Source of the DNA: a phage
Reading direction: 5' to 3' (one strand)
NCBI GenBank assembly: GCA_026776125.1
Contig: GCA_026776125.1_4343.1
DNA: 44,578 nt
The notes beneath the pieces were generated by a model. That model ran no database searches and had not been told where the DNA came from. It was given only the letters and a program-made list of their open reading frames with translations. Shown here one piece after another: positions 35,909 to 44,578 of this stretch. The translations under genes and the position numbers were made by a program. Each line of letters begins with the position of its first letter. The stretch's first letter is position 1.

Positions 35909-36523
35909 ATGGCGAAGACTAAATCAGAGATGTTTACTCTTATCGGCGCAAACCTCCCCGATAACACTACCGGGCTTATTACCCCAGCACCGTTGCGCGA
36001 GGTAATGACACAGATGGCTGACTCACCTATTTACGCCACTCCAGGTGTTAAAGAGGTTGAAGTTCTCCGTGCCGCGTCTAAGGAAACCCAAGCGCCTACC
36101 GCGGTAGATACGGCATTGCAGTTAACTTTCGGTGCAGCTCAGGGTAGTGCATCCGACCCGGTAATGATTAATGCTGCGGGGCTGGTTACATTCAACACCG
36201 CCGGTAACTACGCCGTTCGCATCAAGTTACAGGCAGGCCGCACAGGTGCCAGCGGAACGTCTATCCTGTTATCACGCATTCTTCTGAACGGTGCTCAGTA
36301 CGGCTCACCTGCCGCCACGAAACTGGTAAGCGCGGACACCACAATCACGATTGAATCTCGCGTTGTTATTAACCCAACAGCAGGCCAGACGTTTGCCGTT
36401 CAGATTATGCGGGATAGCGTCGGAACTAACTTCGGTGGTGTATACCCGCAAGTAGCTACCGTAACCGCATGGGGTACAGCACCCTCTGCGCTACTGGTTA
36501 TTTCGAGACTGGAGGCCGCCTGA
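35909..36523 (+). CDS. Putative head-tail joining protein
   Basis: Synteny only. Confidence 0.3.
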   Translation: MAKTKSEMFTLIGANLPDNTTGLITPAPLREVMTQMADSPIYATPGVKEVEVLRAASKETQAPTAVDTALQLTFGAAQGSASDPVMINAAGLVTFNTAGNYAVRIKLQAGRTGASGTSILLSRILLNGAQYGSPAATKLVSADTTITIESRVVINPTAGQTFAVQIMRDSVGTNFGGVYPQVATVTAWGTAPSALLVISRLEAA

Positions 36524-36882
36524 TGAGCACAGCTTTCAGTAAACGTATGCAAGGCGTAGGTACACGCCTGTTAACCAAATTCGGTAGTACGGTATCTCTG
36601 ATTCGCGCTGGCTCGAAAGTGTGGGATGAAGTTCTCGGTGAGTACGTCTGGTCTGCGGACGAAGTGTTGCCGTTGAAGGCCGTTCCGGTTCCTGTTAATG
36701 CGGGTCTGGTGAACGGTACGACGATTCAGGCTGGTGACATGATTGTTAAAGCCGATTACAGCGTCGTTCCTAAGATGGAAGACAAAGTGCAATTCGGCGG
36801 CGAGCAATGGTCCGTCGTAGCCATTGAGAAGAAGGTGGTTAACGATGATGTTGTGGCCTACTTTATTCAGGTGAGAAAATGA
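36523..36882 (+). CDS. Putative head closure / neck protein
   Basis: ATG at 36523 (TGATG overlap) within ORF-track entry 36469..36882; synteny. Confidence 0.3.
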   Translation: MSTAFSKRMQGVGTRLLTKFGSTVSLIRAGSKVWDEVLGEYVWSADEVLPLKAVPVPVNAGLVNGTTIQAGDMIVKADYSVVPKMEDKVQFGGEQWSVVAIEKKVVNDDVVAYFIQVRK

Positions 36883-37274
36883 GTTTCGCGCTTGATGTGT
36901 CTAAGTTCGTGGAAAAGGCGAAGAAGAACCCTGAGACGGTGATGCGTCAGGTGTCTATCAAACTGTTTTCCGCTATTATAAAGGCGAGTCCGGTAGATAC
37001 AGGCCGCTTTCGCATGAACTGGATGCCATCTGGCGGTACTCCTGATTCCGGGGTTACAGATGCTACAGATAAATCGGGAAACACGGCAACCGGAAACGCT
37101 ACGAGTTTCGTACTGAAAGCCACAGACTGGCGCGAGTTCACGCTGACAAATAATCTGCCGTATGCTCAACGGCTGGAATATGGCTGGTCGCAACAGGCCC
37201 CCGCCGGGATGGTCAGGACTAACGTATCCCGCTTTCAGCAACTCATTAACGAAGAAGCCAACAAGGTGAAATGA
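36879..37274 (+). CDS. Putative tail completion / neck protein
   Basis: Synteny; ATGA coupling. Confidence 0.3.
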   Translation: MSFALDVSKFVEKAKKNPETVMRQVSIKLFSAIIKASPVDTGRFRMNWMPSGGTPDSGVTDATDKSGNTATGNATSFVLKATDWREFTLTNNLPYAQRLEYGWSQQAPAGMVRTNVSRFQQLINEEANKVK

Positions 37275-37687
37275 TGGGCTACTTTGAGGACTTAACAAAA
37301 GCGTTTGATGTGCCGCTGGTAGCCTTCGGAACCGCCAACGGCATCAAGGTCGCGCTTGAAAACATCGACGCGCCGACGTCAACCGATACGCCGTATCTGG
37401 CGAGTTACATGCTACTAGCGGATACCGAGCAGGCTGATTTGTTCTTTACGGAACAACGCTCTGGTATTTATCAGGTCGACATTAACTACGCATCGGCGAA
37501 AGGTAGCGCGGAAATCAATAAAATGGCAGACTTACTTAACACGGCGTTTAAAGCAGGTAAGTCATTTTCACGTAACGACATCTGCGCCGAGGTTCAATCG
37601 GTTAGCCTGGGGCCGCTGATTGTAGAAAACGTATGGGCCAAACGGCCATTGTCAATTAACTTTATAGCATTCACCAAGAGGCTGTGA
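37271..37687 (+). CDS. Putative tail terminator protein
   Basis: Synteny, immediately before major tail protein. Confidence 0.3.
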   Translation: MMGYFEDLTKAFDVPLVAFGTANGIKVALENIDAPTSTDTPYLASYMLLADTEQADLFFTEQRSGIYQVDINYASAKGSAEINKMADLLNTAFKAGKSFSRNDICAEVQSVSLGPLIVENVWAKRPLSINFIAFTKRL

Positions 37688-37689
37688 AT

Positions 37690-38856
37690 ATGGCTACAAC
37701 TCCTTTTAAGGGCGCGAATACCGCGCAATTCTATGTGGCGGAAGTGACCCCGGGCGTAACACCGGCTAACCCGGTATGGTCGCCGTTGCGCAACACGGGC
37801 GGCGTTCCTGCCATTACCCGCGACACGCTGACCTCCAACGAACTCGACGGCAGCCGTGAAACTACATCCATCCGCACCGGTAACAAACAGGTTAGCGGTG
37901 AATACGCAATTGAGCTTAGCTCTAAAAGCCAGGATGACTGGTTGGCAGGTGCTTTAGGCTCTACGTGGCAATCCGGTGTTTCTCTGTCAGGACTATCGAT
38001 CACCGTCGCACCCGCGGGCAAGACGTTCACACGCGCTACCGGCAGTTTTATCACTGACGGAGTTGGGGTAGGCGACCTGATTGCGTTTACCGACTTAACA
38101 GGCGATAACGCAAAACCATTTATTGTTACCGCAGTAACGGCTACGGTTGTTACTGGTGCGGGCATCCAACACACCCTGACCACCGAGACAAAAACTAGTA
38201 AGGCTAAAACTGGCGACACGTTGGAAACCGGTAACACGTGTAAGACGTTCTCTATCCTTACCTGGTACAAAGGCCAGTGCGGCGGTACTGACGCGTACAC
38301 GTTAACCAAAGGCGTGGAAGTTTCTGGTTTTACCATCGAACAGGCTGTTAACGCGATGGTAACTGGCAGCTTCCCATTCATCGGTCGCAGTCAGGAGATT
38401 CTCACTACGCCGCCGACCGGTTCCAACTTCTCATCTGTTACTTTTGGTGATGAGCCGTTCTCTTCGGTTGACGTTTCCGTGTTCGACGGCTCTACGCCGT
38501 TGCGTTGCGACAGTCTGACTATCACCAACGATAACAGCGCGTCCGCGCAGTTTGAACTTGGTAACACTAACGTAGCGTTTGTGGAGCGTAGCCGTGCAGC
38601 TAACACCTTCTCCATCTCCGGTAAGCTGTATGACATGGCGATGATTCAGAAGTTTATCAACGAGCAGCAGGTAGAGATTAACTCTATTCTGGCAGGGGTA
38701 AACGGGGCTATGTCTTTCAGTTTGAAACGTGCAGAGCTTACGGCGGTTACACCTGAGATTGGTGGGCCTGAGTCAATCACTCAGTCCATTGAAGGCCAGG
38801 CTACCGGCAATCAGTACCAGTCGTCTATCGTAATTCAACGTATCACCTACGCATAA
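37690..38856 (+). CDS. Putative major tail protein
   Basis: 389-aa ORF preceding the chaperone and tape measure genes; RBS AAGAGG; followed by strong terminator. Confidence 0.5.
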   Translation: MATTPFKGANTAQFYVAEVTPGVTPANPVWSPLRNTGGVPAITRDTLTSNELDGSRETTSIRTGNKQVSGEYAIELSSKSQDDWLAGALGSTWQSGVSLSGLSITVAPAGKTFTRATGSFITDGVGVGDLIAFTDLTGDNAKPFIVTAVTATVVTGAGIQHTLTTETKTSKAKTGDTLETGNTCKTFSILTWYKGQCGGTDAYTLTKGVEVSGFTIEQAVNAMVTGSFPFIGRSQEILTTPPTGSNFSSVTFGDEPFSSVDVSVFDGSTPLRCDSLTITNDNSASAQFELGNTNVAFVERSRAANTFSISGKLYDMAMIQKFINEQQVEINSILAGVNGAMSFSLKRAELTAVTPEIGGPESITQSIEGQATGNQYQSSIVIQRITYA

Positions 38857-38860
38857 AACT

Positions 38861-38886
38861 AAGGCCCCTTTCGGGGCCTTTTTCTT
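38861..38886. terminator. Bidirectional hairpin terminator (aaggcccc-tttc-ggggcctt + TTTTCTT)
   Basis: 8-bp stem between convergent major tail gene and minus-strand cassette. Confidence 0.65.
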
Positions 38887-39439
38887 ACAAACCTAATTTT
38901 AAAGCAATGTCTATAACGTTCGATTTAACGTCACCCGGTATGATGTAGGTGTCGTAATCTTTTACACCACTAACATCGTACAGATAGCCACGGCTATCGC
39001 AGATGAACGTATAGCCGTCACGATGGAGGCGGACGATTCGCACGTCATGCCCCGCGGCGACGATAGGGGCAACTTCACTGGCGAATCCACCGTCGGACAC
39101 TACAAAAACTTCGTCGCCGTCAGGCAAGTTTTCAGCAAGATACTTACCGAAATAATCATCGCCGAATACCGGTTTAATGAATTGCTCAGAAATGGCAATC
39201 ATTAACCGGCGGCGGGACAACCCATTAAGAAAACCCTCGGGTTTTTCTTTCCGCGCCCGGTCGTCGTAGCCGTCGAGAAATTCGTGGTAAGCATCCTGGC
39301 CTAACGCTGCCAAAGCAATATTGAACATTGGGTTCTTGAAACTGGTAGTTCCTTTCGCAAAGCCCATTTCTACCAGCGCCATAGCAAGCGTGTCTTTCCC
39401 GCAACCCGCAGGGCCATTAAGAATAATTACCTTAGCCAT
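38885..39439 (-). CDS. P-loop nucleotide kinase, dNMP-kinase-like
   Basis: Walker A GPAGCGKDT at N-terminus; overall resemblance to phage deoxynucleoside monophosphate kinases (by eye, unverified). Confidence 0.55.
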   Translation of the reverse strand: MAKVIILNGPAGCGKDTLAMALVEMGFAKGTTSFKNPMFNIALAALGQDAYHEFLDGYDDRARKEKPEGFLNGLSRRRLMIAISEQFIKPVFGDDYFGKYLAENLPDGDEVFVVSDGGFASEVAPIVAAGHDVRIVRLHRDGYTFICDSRGYLYDVSGVKDYDTYIIPGDVKSNVIDIALKLGL

Positions 39440-39927
39440 TATTTATTGCTCCCGTGTGGTTTTAAGTGTGTAGAGTTCCCGTTACAGTCGTATTCGGTAA
39501 CTGCGTGTGCGGTTATGCCGAGGTCACGGAAATGCTTTATTACCGCTGGGGAGTCGTCGAACGCACACAAGATTCTTTCCAGTCCGAAAGCACGCAACAC
39601 CTCTTCTTTAATTACGATGTCTTTTCTGTTGTCGTGTTTGCTGCGCATGATTAGCGTGTCAAACCTAACGTTATTCTCTCGTAACCATTCGCGAGTCTCC
39701 TCCTCAGCGTCATCACTTCGCCCGGTAAGGATAATTATAGTAAGTCCGGAATGCCACAGTACGCTACACAAATGGATATTGTCGTATATCGGAGCGTCAT
39801 CTTTGCAGGCCATGTTAAATGGCTTCCACGCCCACGTTTCTCCGTAGTTATCTTTTGGTAACAGGTGTAAGCGATGGGTACCGTCGGCCAATGTCCCGTC
39901 TAAATCGAAAATTACAATATCTTTCAT
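39439..39927 (-). CDS. HAD-superfamily phosphatase, resembling the 3'-phosphatase domain of polynucleotide kinase-phosphatase
   Basis: HAD motif I IFDLDGTLA at N-terminus; further motifs TGR and RKDIVIKEEVL...FDDSP. Confidence 0.55.
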   Translation of the reverse strand: MKDIVIFDLDGTLADGTHRLHLLPKDNYGETWAWKPFNMACKDDAPIYDNIHLCSVLWHSGLTIIILTGRSDDAEEETREWLRENNVRFDTLIMRSKHDNRKDIVIKEEVLRAFGLERILCAFDDSPAVIKHFRDLGITAHAVTEYDCNGNSTHLKPHGSNK

Positions 39928-41054
39928 CCCAGCATCTCCGGTGAAATAGTTAAACGTGCGACCTCGCCATATTCGGCGCTATAAGTAATTACATTTGCAC
40001 TGCGGCCCGACATCCATCCGCCGTGAGAGGCGTAGGCGTCTTTAGCCGCTAAGGTGCGGTGTTGCTCAACAATCATGTTACGGCTTTCTACAATCTTCTG
40101 GTGGTGCAGATGGCCTACGTGGGCGTAGCTGTAAACACTCTCGCCGAACGCTTTACGGAACTTGGCAATCATAACCGGTTCGATAGCGTCGAATCGTGCT
40201 TTATGCCCGTGATGGAAGAACAGCGTCGTTTTGCCGTGTTGCACCATCTTGTAAACATCCGGCGACGTATCAACAATCACTCGGCTGTCGTTTGAGTATA
40301 AAACCGTGAACATTTCGGCAAGCCATACGGAGCCAACAGGGTCGTGGTTACCTTGAACGATTAAAAGTTTTACTGTGTGATGCTTAACCAGCGCCATATC
40401 AACAACACGGCGGACCATACGAATCATGTAACGTACCAGTTTCTGATAGCGAGTATCCGCATCTAATACATGGCGCGACTCGGGGGTAACGGCATCAAGA
40501 CTATCGAAGTGTGCGAAGTCCCCAAGCAGGTTAATAACTCCTGTTCCTGCATCCGGTGCTTTCTGAAACGCCGCGTCGAACCACCGAGAGAACAGGTCTT
40601 CTGCAATCTTCATGTCCCAGTCGTCGCCGCTCTCATCGGCCCATGCCAGCATACCGAGATGGAAATCAGATACAGTGTAAAGATTGAGTAGCTTGTCGTC
40701 ACGTTTGGCGCGCGCCGCTTTAACAGGCGCAACGGGCGTAATCTCTGACTTCATGCCCTCTATTACGGCTTTCATCAATTCAACCTGACGTTCGGCGTCG
40801 GTATCAGTCTTAACCCATTGCAACTTAGTGTTGCCGAACTCGTCCACAAGTGACGACGTTCCTTTAATCTTGTAGCCGTCTGGCACAAGGTGGCTAACGT
40901 CGCGCCCGTGGCCCACGCCTTTCTTAGCCAGCTTCGCTTTACGGATACGAATTACGCGGTCTGAGATGCCGTATTTACGGGCGATATCTACATTCTTCAT
41001 ACCGGCGTTCAATTCTTCCTGCAACTGTTCGTCGGTTATTTTCTTCCGGGCCAT
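39924..41054 (-). CDS. Calcineurin-like metallophosphoesterase with N-terminal HTH domain
   Basis: HTH-like N-terminus (VDIARKYGISDRVIRIRK); phosphoesterase motifs SDFHLG, GDFAHFD, GNHD, HHGH, GHLHH (Mre11/SbcD-like pattern). Confidence 0.55.
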   Translation of the reverse strand: MARKKITDEQLQEELNAGMKNVDIARKYGISDRVIRIRKAKLAKKGVGHGRDVSHLVPDGYKIKGTSSLVDEFGNTKLQWVKTDTDAERQVELMKAVIEGMKSEITPVAPVKAARAKRDDKLLNLYTVSDFHLGMLAWADESGDDWDMKIAEDLFSRWFDAAFQKAPDAGTGVINLLGDFAHFDSLDAVTPESRHVLDADTRYQKLVRYMIRMVRRVVDMALVKHHTVKLLIVQGNHDPVGSVWLAEMFTVLYSNDSRVIVDTSPDVYKMVQHGKTTLFFHHGHKARFDAIEPVMIAKFRKAFGESVYSYAHVGHLHHQKIVESRNMIVEQHRTLAAKDAYASHGGWMSGRSANVITYSAEYGEVARLTISPEMLG

Positions 41055-41091
41055 GTTTATTCCTCGTGCTTAGGATTTGTCCTATACTAGC

Positions 41092-41283
41092 TCACTTCTC
41101 TTTGACATTCGAGTTGCAAGCCCAGATTAAAATAAATACCCACGGCAGCAGAACCCATCCAAGAAACAGATTAGCCATGAATATCGCTAATTTCGCTTTA
41201 TGGTCGCGCATATGCGCCACGAGAAATGGAGTAAAATAAACTAAAACGATAATGATTAAGAAGAACATAGTAATACCCGTCAT
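41092..41283 (-). CDS. Small membrane protein (63 aa)
   Basis: ATG at 41283 with RBS AGGAG; two hydrophobic helices (ITMFFLIIIVLVYFTPFLV and FLGWVLLPWVFILIWA); ORF-track entry 41092..41421 starts too far upstream. Confidence 0.45.
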   Translation of the reverse strand: MTGITMFFLIIIVLVYFTPFLVAHMRDHKAKLAIFMANLFLGWVLLPWVFILIWACNSNVKEK

Positions 41284-41324
41284 GGTGTAGCTCCTGTTTG
41301 GGATAACATCGTTGGTGTAAGTGA

Positions 41325-41353
41325 ATAGTACACTATTATATTGGGGTGTGCAA
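41325..41353 (-). promoter_or_regulatory. Promoter-like element, class II (TTGCAC-N17-TACTAT on minus strand)
   Basis: Near-identical to 32092 copy; about 40 nt upstream of 41283 start. Confidence 0.5.
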
Positions 41354-41460
41354 GTAATGTGATAGAATAATTTTGCGCCTAGTGTCGCACACGAAAAGCG
41401 GGTGGTTCCCGTCTGGCGCATTAACCTTAACCCGTAACCTCTTAACCAAAGGATTAAAGA

Positions 41461-41877
41461 ATGAAACTTTCTGATTTTTATTACGAAGCTGAGGCAGAAA
41501 AAGGCGCCCGTATGCCGATCCCACTGAAAGACGGCACCGATTCAGGGGAGTGGCTGAACGTTGTTTCACCGGAGGCAGACGTTGCGGTTAAAGCCATGCG
41601 TGCATTTACCCTGGCGTACCGCGCGTCGTTAGGTAAACTGAAGCCGCTTCGTGATAAATGCGAGGAACTGAAAGATTTCTCGGAATATAACATTAAGATG
41701 GAAGACGCCGCGACGGACCTTAACCGCCAGTTAGCACTTGAACTGGTTAACGGTTGGAGTCTCGACGATGAATTTAATAAAGAGAACCTGAATACTCTTT
41801 TTTCACAATATAAACGCCTCGCTGAACACGTTGTTGTTTTCCACAACGAACAGCTTCACCAATTGCAGGAAAAGTAG
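41461..41877 (+). CDS. Tail assembly chaperone (G-like)
   Basis: 138-aa ORF immediately before a -1 frame ORF and the tape measure gene. Confidence 0.5.
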   Translation: MKLSDFYYEAEAEKGARMPIPLKDGTDSGEWLNVVSPEADVAVKAMRAFTLAYRASLGKLKPLRDKCEELKDFSEYNIKMEDAATDLNRQLALELVNGWSLDDEFNKENLNTLFSQYKRLAEHVVVFHNEQLHQLQEK

Positions 41878-42242
41878 ACGCGTTGCTCCAGTTTGCCCGT
41901 TGGAACTTCATAGCCCGCCACAAACGGCGGGAGTTTGACAGTATTGCCGACGGGCATAAAGCCGCGCTAATTGCTATGGGGGTTATGCAAGATGCGCCGG
42001 AAGCAACGCAGGACACCGGGCCGGAATGCCCCCCTGAACTATTAACCACCTTCGAGAAGTACCGGGAAATCAAATTTACCCGCCGAGTGGATGACGATGG
42101 CATCAAGATGTACCCGCGCGAACAGTTAAGATGGTCGGATTTAGTGGCATACAGCACCGTTTCAGGCCAGAATATAGGCATGTTTGAATCTGACATCATC
42201 ATGAGCTTAGACGCTATTTTCGAGGGTAGAAACGATGGCTGA
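41826..42242 (+). CDS. Tail assembly chaperone frameshift extension (T-like), expressed via putative -1 frameshift
   Basis: -1 frame open from 41826; overlaps end of 41461..41877; ends with ATGA-type overlap at tape measure start. Confidence 0.4.
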   Translation, partial: TRCCFPQRTASPIAGKVDALLQFARWNFIARHKRREFDSIADGHKAALIAMGVMQDAPEATQDTGPECPPELLTTFEKYREIKFTRRVDDDGIKMYPREQLRWSDLVAYSTVSGQNIGMFESDIIMSLDAIFEGRNDG

Positions 42243-44574
42243 TGTAGCTAGTTTAGTTGTAAAAGTATCAGAGCAAGGCGCGAAAGCTACATCAGACCGT
42301 CTTGATAACCTTTCCAAGTCTGCAAAGGTAGCCGGAGCTGCGGTAGCTGGCCTTGCTTCCATCGTCGCCGCTACCGCGTACAAGGCCGCACAGGAACTGG
42401 TAGACTCCCAACGGCAACTGGACAAGATGTCCGCCAGCCTGAAAACACTAACCGGAAGCACGCAGGGTGCAAGACAGGCGTTAAGCATCCTGCAAGACTT
42501 CGCGCGCGACACCCCGTATGGTCTTGAACAGGCGGTAGAGGGATTCCGTAAACTGGTGGCTCTCGGCCTTACACCGTCAGAAGAAGCGTTGCGCTCCTAT
42601 GGCAACACTGCCGCTGCTATGGGTAAAGACCTTAATCAGATGATTGAGGCTGTTGCGGATGCAAGTACGTTTGAATTTGAGCGCCTTAAAGAATTCGGCA
42701 TCAAGGCTAAGCAGAACAAAGACGATGTTGAATTTACATTCCAGGGCACTACTACGGTGGTTAAGAAGAGCGCTGCCGATATCGAGCAATACCTGCTCAA
42801 CATTGGTAACGTAAACTTCGCTGGGGCTATGGCGGACCAGGCTAACACACTTAACGGGGCCATAGCCAGTGCCAGCGACTCATGGTCGCAGTTAAAAATG
42901 ACACTGGCTACCAGTCTTGATGTTGGTGCGCTCGCCGAACCTATCCGATACATCGATGATTTAATCCAGGAACTTAACGCACAGGTTGCATCCGGTGAAC
43001 TTGCCGCAGAGATGCGTATGTGGGGTGACATCGCGTCGGAAGTAGGAAGCGCGATAGAGATGTCGTTCGACGCGGCATTTGGTTTTGTAGGTGACGCGAT
43101 AAATGGACTGAATGAACTTTGGGATTTTAGCAGTAAAAGTATCACCGACAGCGGCGAACAAACGGCGACAACCATCGCGGAATCAGCAGCCGATGCGCTC
43201 GATTTCATCGCGGAAGAATTTACCGCGATGGAGCGCTTCTTTGAAGATATGGTTAAAGGGGCGCAGGACGCTGGCCGGTTGGTGAAAGCAGCCTTCACAC
43301 CAGGGGAATCTGTAGACGTAGCAAAAAACATTAACTTCCAGCTAGGGATGGCACTGGATACTCAGCGCGATGTTGCGGACCTGACCCGTAAAAGTTTCCG
43401 CGAACAGGTGGAGGCTCAGCAAAATATCGTCGCGCTTAAACGCGCGGCATATGACATCGACAAAGAAGCCGCTAAGGAAGAAGGGCTTAGTAAATTTAAG
43501 GTAACTGGTACTGGTGGCGGGTCCGAAGATGATAATGCTGGTGCAAAAGCCGCCAAGAAAGCTGCGGACGCGTTCGAGCGCCAGAAGAAAGCGGCGGAAG
43601 ACTTCTACTATCAGTCAATCCATCTTAATGATGACGTATTTCAGAAAATAGAAGCTAACCAGGAAGAGCAACTATCTAAGTTGCAGGATTTCTATAGCAA
43701 TAAGCTTCTTAGCGACCAGCAATACGAAAACGCCAAGACGCAGATTATGCTCTCTGCCGAACAGGCCCGCCAGGAAGAACTGGATAAGAAAAGGAAGGAG
43801 GCCCAGGAGAAGCAACAGAAAGGTGATGATTTCATGGCTCAGATTATGGGCCAGAACGCTACTGAGCTTGAGCTTCTCGACATCCAGGAACAGCAGAAAC
43901 TGGCGGTAGCCGATAAGTACCGTGAGCAGGGTCTTATTAGTGAGAAGCAGTATCAGGCCGCGCTTAACGCCATCAATGATCAATACGCAACCAAGCGTGC
44001 CGACGCAACGGCAACCGCCTTCGGTAACATGGCCTCAAACATCGGGTCTGCGTTGGGCGAGGCCTCTGGTGCGTATAAGGCATTCGCTATCGTACAGGCC
44101 ACCATAGCCACTTACACCGCGGCTATCGAGGCGTACAAGTCCACGGCGGCTATCCCTGTAGTTGGCCCATTCCTGGCTCCTGTAGCTGCTGCCGCTGCCG
44201 TTGGGGCGGGTATGGCTCAGGTTTCCGCTATCAGGTCAGCACGTGAACAGGGCGGTCAGTTATCAGCGGGACAGGCTTCCACCATCGCCGAGCGCGGAAA
44301 ACCAGAAGTTATCATGCCTGCGGGTGCATCGCGTGTGCGCACCGCGCAGCAGATGAAAGAAATTATGGGGCAAAACGGCGGCAGTACCGGACCAGCCAAT
44401 ATCAGCATTATAAATAACACCAGTGCACAAATTGGCAACACCAGCGTTGAACAGGACGAAGAAGGCCGCCTACGTATCATCATCGAAGAACAGGTAGCCG
44501 CCTCTTTGCAGAATAGCAACAGCAAAATATCGAAAGCGAGGAAGGCTACAAGAAACGCACCGGGCTTTAAGTAG
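42235..44574 (+). CDS. Tail tape measure protein
   Basis: 779-aa alanine/glutamine-rich largely helical protein after G/T chaperone pair. Confidence 0.75.
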   Translation: MADVASLVVKVSEQGAKATSDRLDNLSKSAKVAGAAVAGLASIVAATAYKAAQELVDSQRQLDKMSASLKTLTGSTQGARQALSILQDFARDTPYGLEQAVEGFRKLVALGLTPSEEALRSYGNTAAAMGKDLNQMIEAVADASTFEFERLKEFGIKAKQNKDDVEFTFQGTTTVVKKSAADIEQYLLNIGNVNFAGAMADQANTLNGAIASASDSWSQLKMTLATSLDVGALAEPIRYIDDLIQELNAQVASGELAAEMRMWGDIASEVGSAIEMSFDAAFGFVGDAINGLNELWDFSSKSITDSGEQTATTIAESAADALDFIAEEFTAMERFFEDMVKGAQDAGRLVKAAFTPGESVDVAKNINFQLGMALDTQRDVADLTRKSFREQVEAQQNIVALKRAAYDIDKEAAKEEGLSKFKVTGTGGGSEDDNAGAKAAKKAADAFERQKKAAEDFYYQSIHLNDDVFQKIEANQEEQLSKLQDFYSNKLLSDQQYENAKTQIMLSAEQARQEELDKKRKEAQEKQQKGDDFMAQIMGQNATELELLDIQEQQKLAVADKYREQGLISEKQYQAALNAINDQYATKRADATATAFGNMASNIGSALGEASGAYKAFAIVQATIATYTAAIEAYKSTAAIPVVGPFLAPVAAAAAVGAGMAQVSAIRSAREQGGQLSAGQASTIAERGKPEVIMPAGASRVRTAQQMKEIMGQNGGSTGPANISIINNTSAQIGNTSVEQDEEGRLRIIIEEQVAASLQNSNSKISKARKATRNAPGFK

Positions 44575-44578
44575 TAAC

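Noticed and set aside
37731-38381. 216-aa minus-strand ORF inside the major tail protein gene
   Set aside because: Antisense to a strongly supported late gene; Thr/Val/Pro-rich composition mirrors the sense gene's codon bias; no independent promoter or RBS.
42636-43331. 231-aa minus-strand ORF inside the tape measure gene
   Set aside because: Ala/Ser-rich antisense artefact of the alanine-rich tape measure coding sequence.
1-44578. CRISPR array, integrase or attachment site
   Set aside because: No spacer-interleaved direct repeats were seen and no tyrosine/serine recombinase-like ORF was recognised; repeated elements found are promoter-like and irregularly spaced.

Overview
The window reads as a near-complete, gene-dense genome of a tailed dsDNA phage (siphovirus-like; enterobacterial host is an inference from codon usage and hairpin style). 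All calls are by eye from the ORF track and sequence; no database search was run. Layout: (i) a leftward-transcribed replication/DNA-processing operon at 8130-20533 on the minus strand (HNH endonuclease, SNF2 helicase, split C5 cytosine methyltransferase, VRR-NUC nuclease, family A DNA polymerase, Cas4-like exonuclease, primase-helicase, HTH proteins); (ii) an ORF-free divergent control region at 20534-21012; (iii) a rightward block of small early genes plus holin and lysozyme at 21013-26100; (iv) the packaging, head and tail module at 26227-44574 (terminase, portal, scaffold, major capsid, Ig-like proteins, major tail protein, frameshifted tail chaperones, tape measure), which appears to continue at the window start (1133-7967, tail tip and fibre), suggesting a circularly permuted sequence. 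The late module is interrupted by minus-strand inserts: a KilA-N-like gene with a perfect palindromic operator, a 67-aa gene, and a kinase/phosphatase/metallophosphoesterase cassette that I rate the most interesting candidate accessory system. Other notable items: two families of near-identical promoter-like elements, an overlapped Rz/Rz1 spanin pair far from the endolysin, and a homing-endonuclease-like gene with three tandem zinc-ribbon repeats. No tRNA, rRNA, CRISPR array or integrase was recognised.
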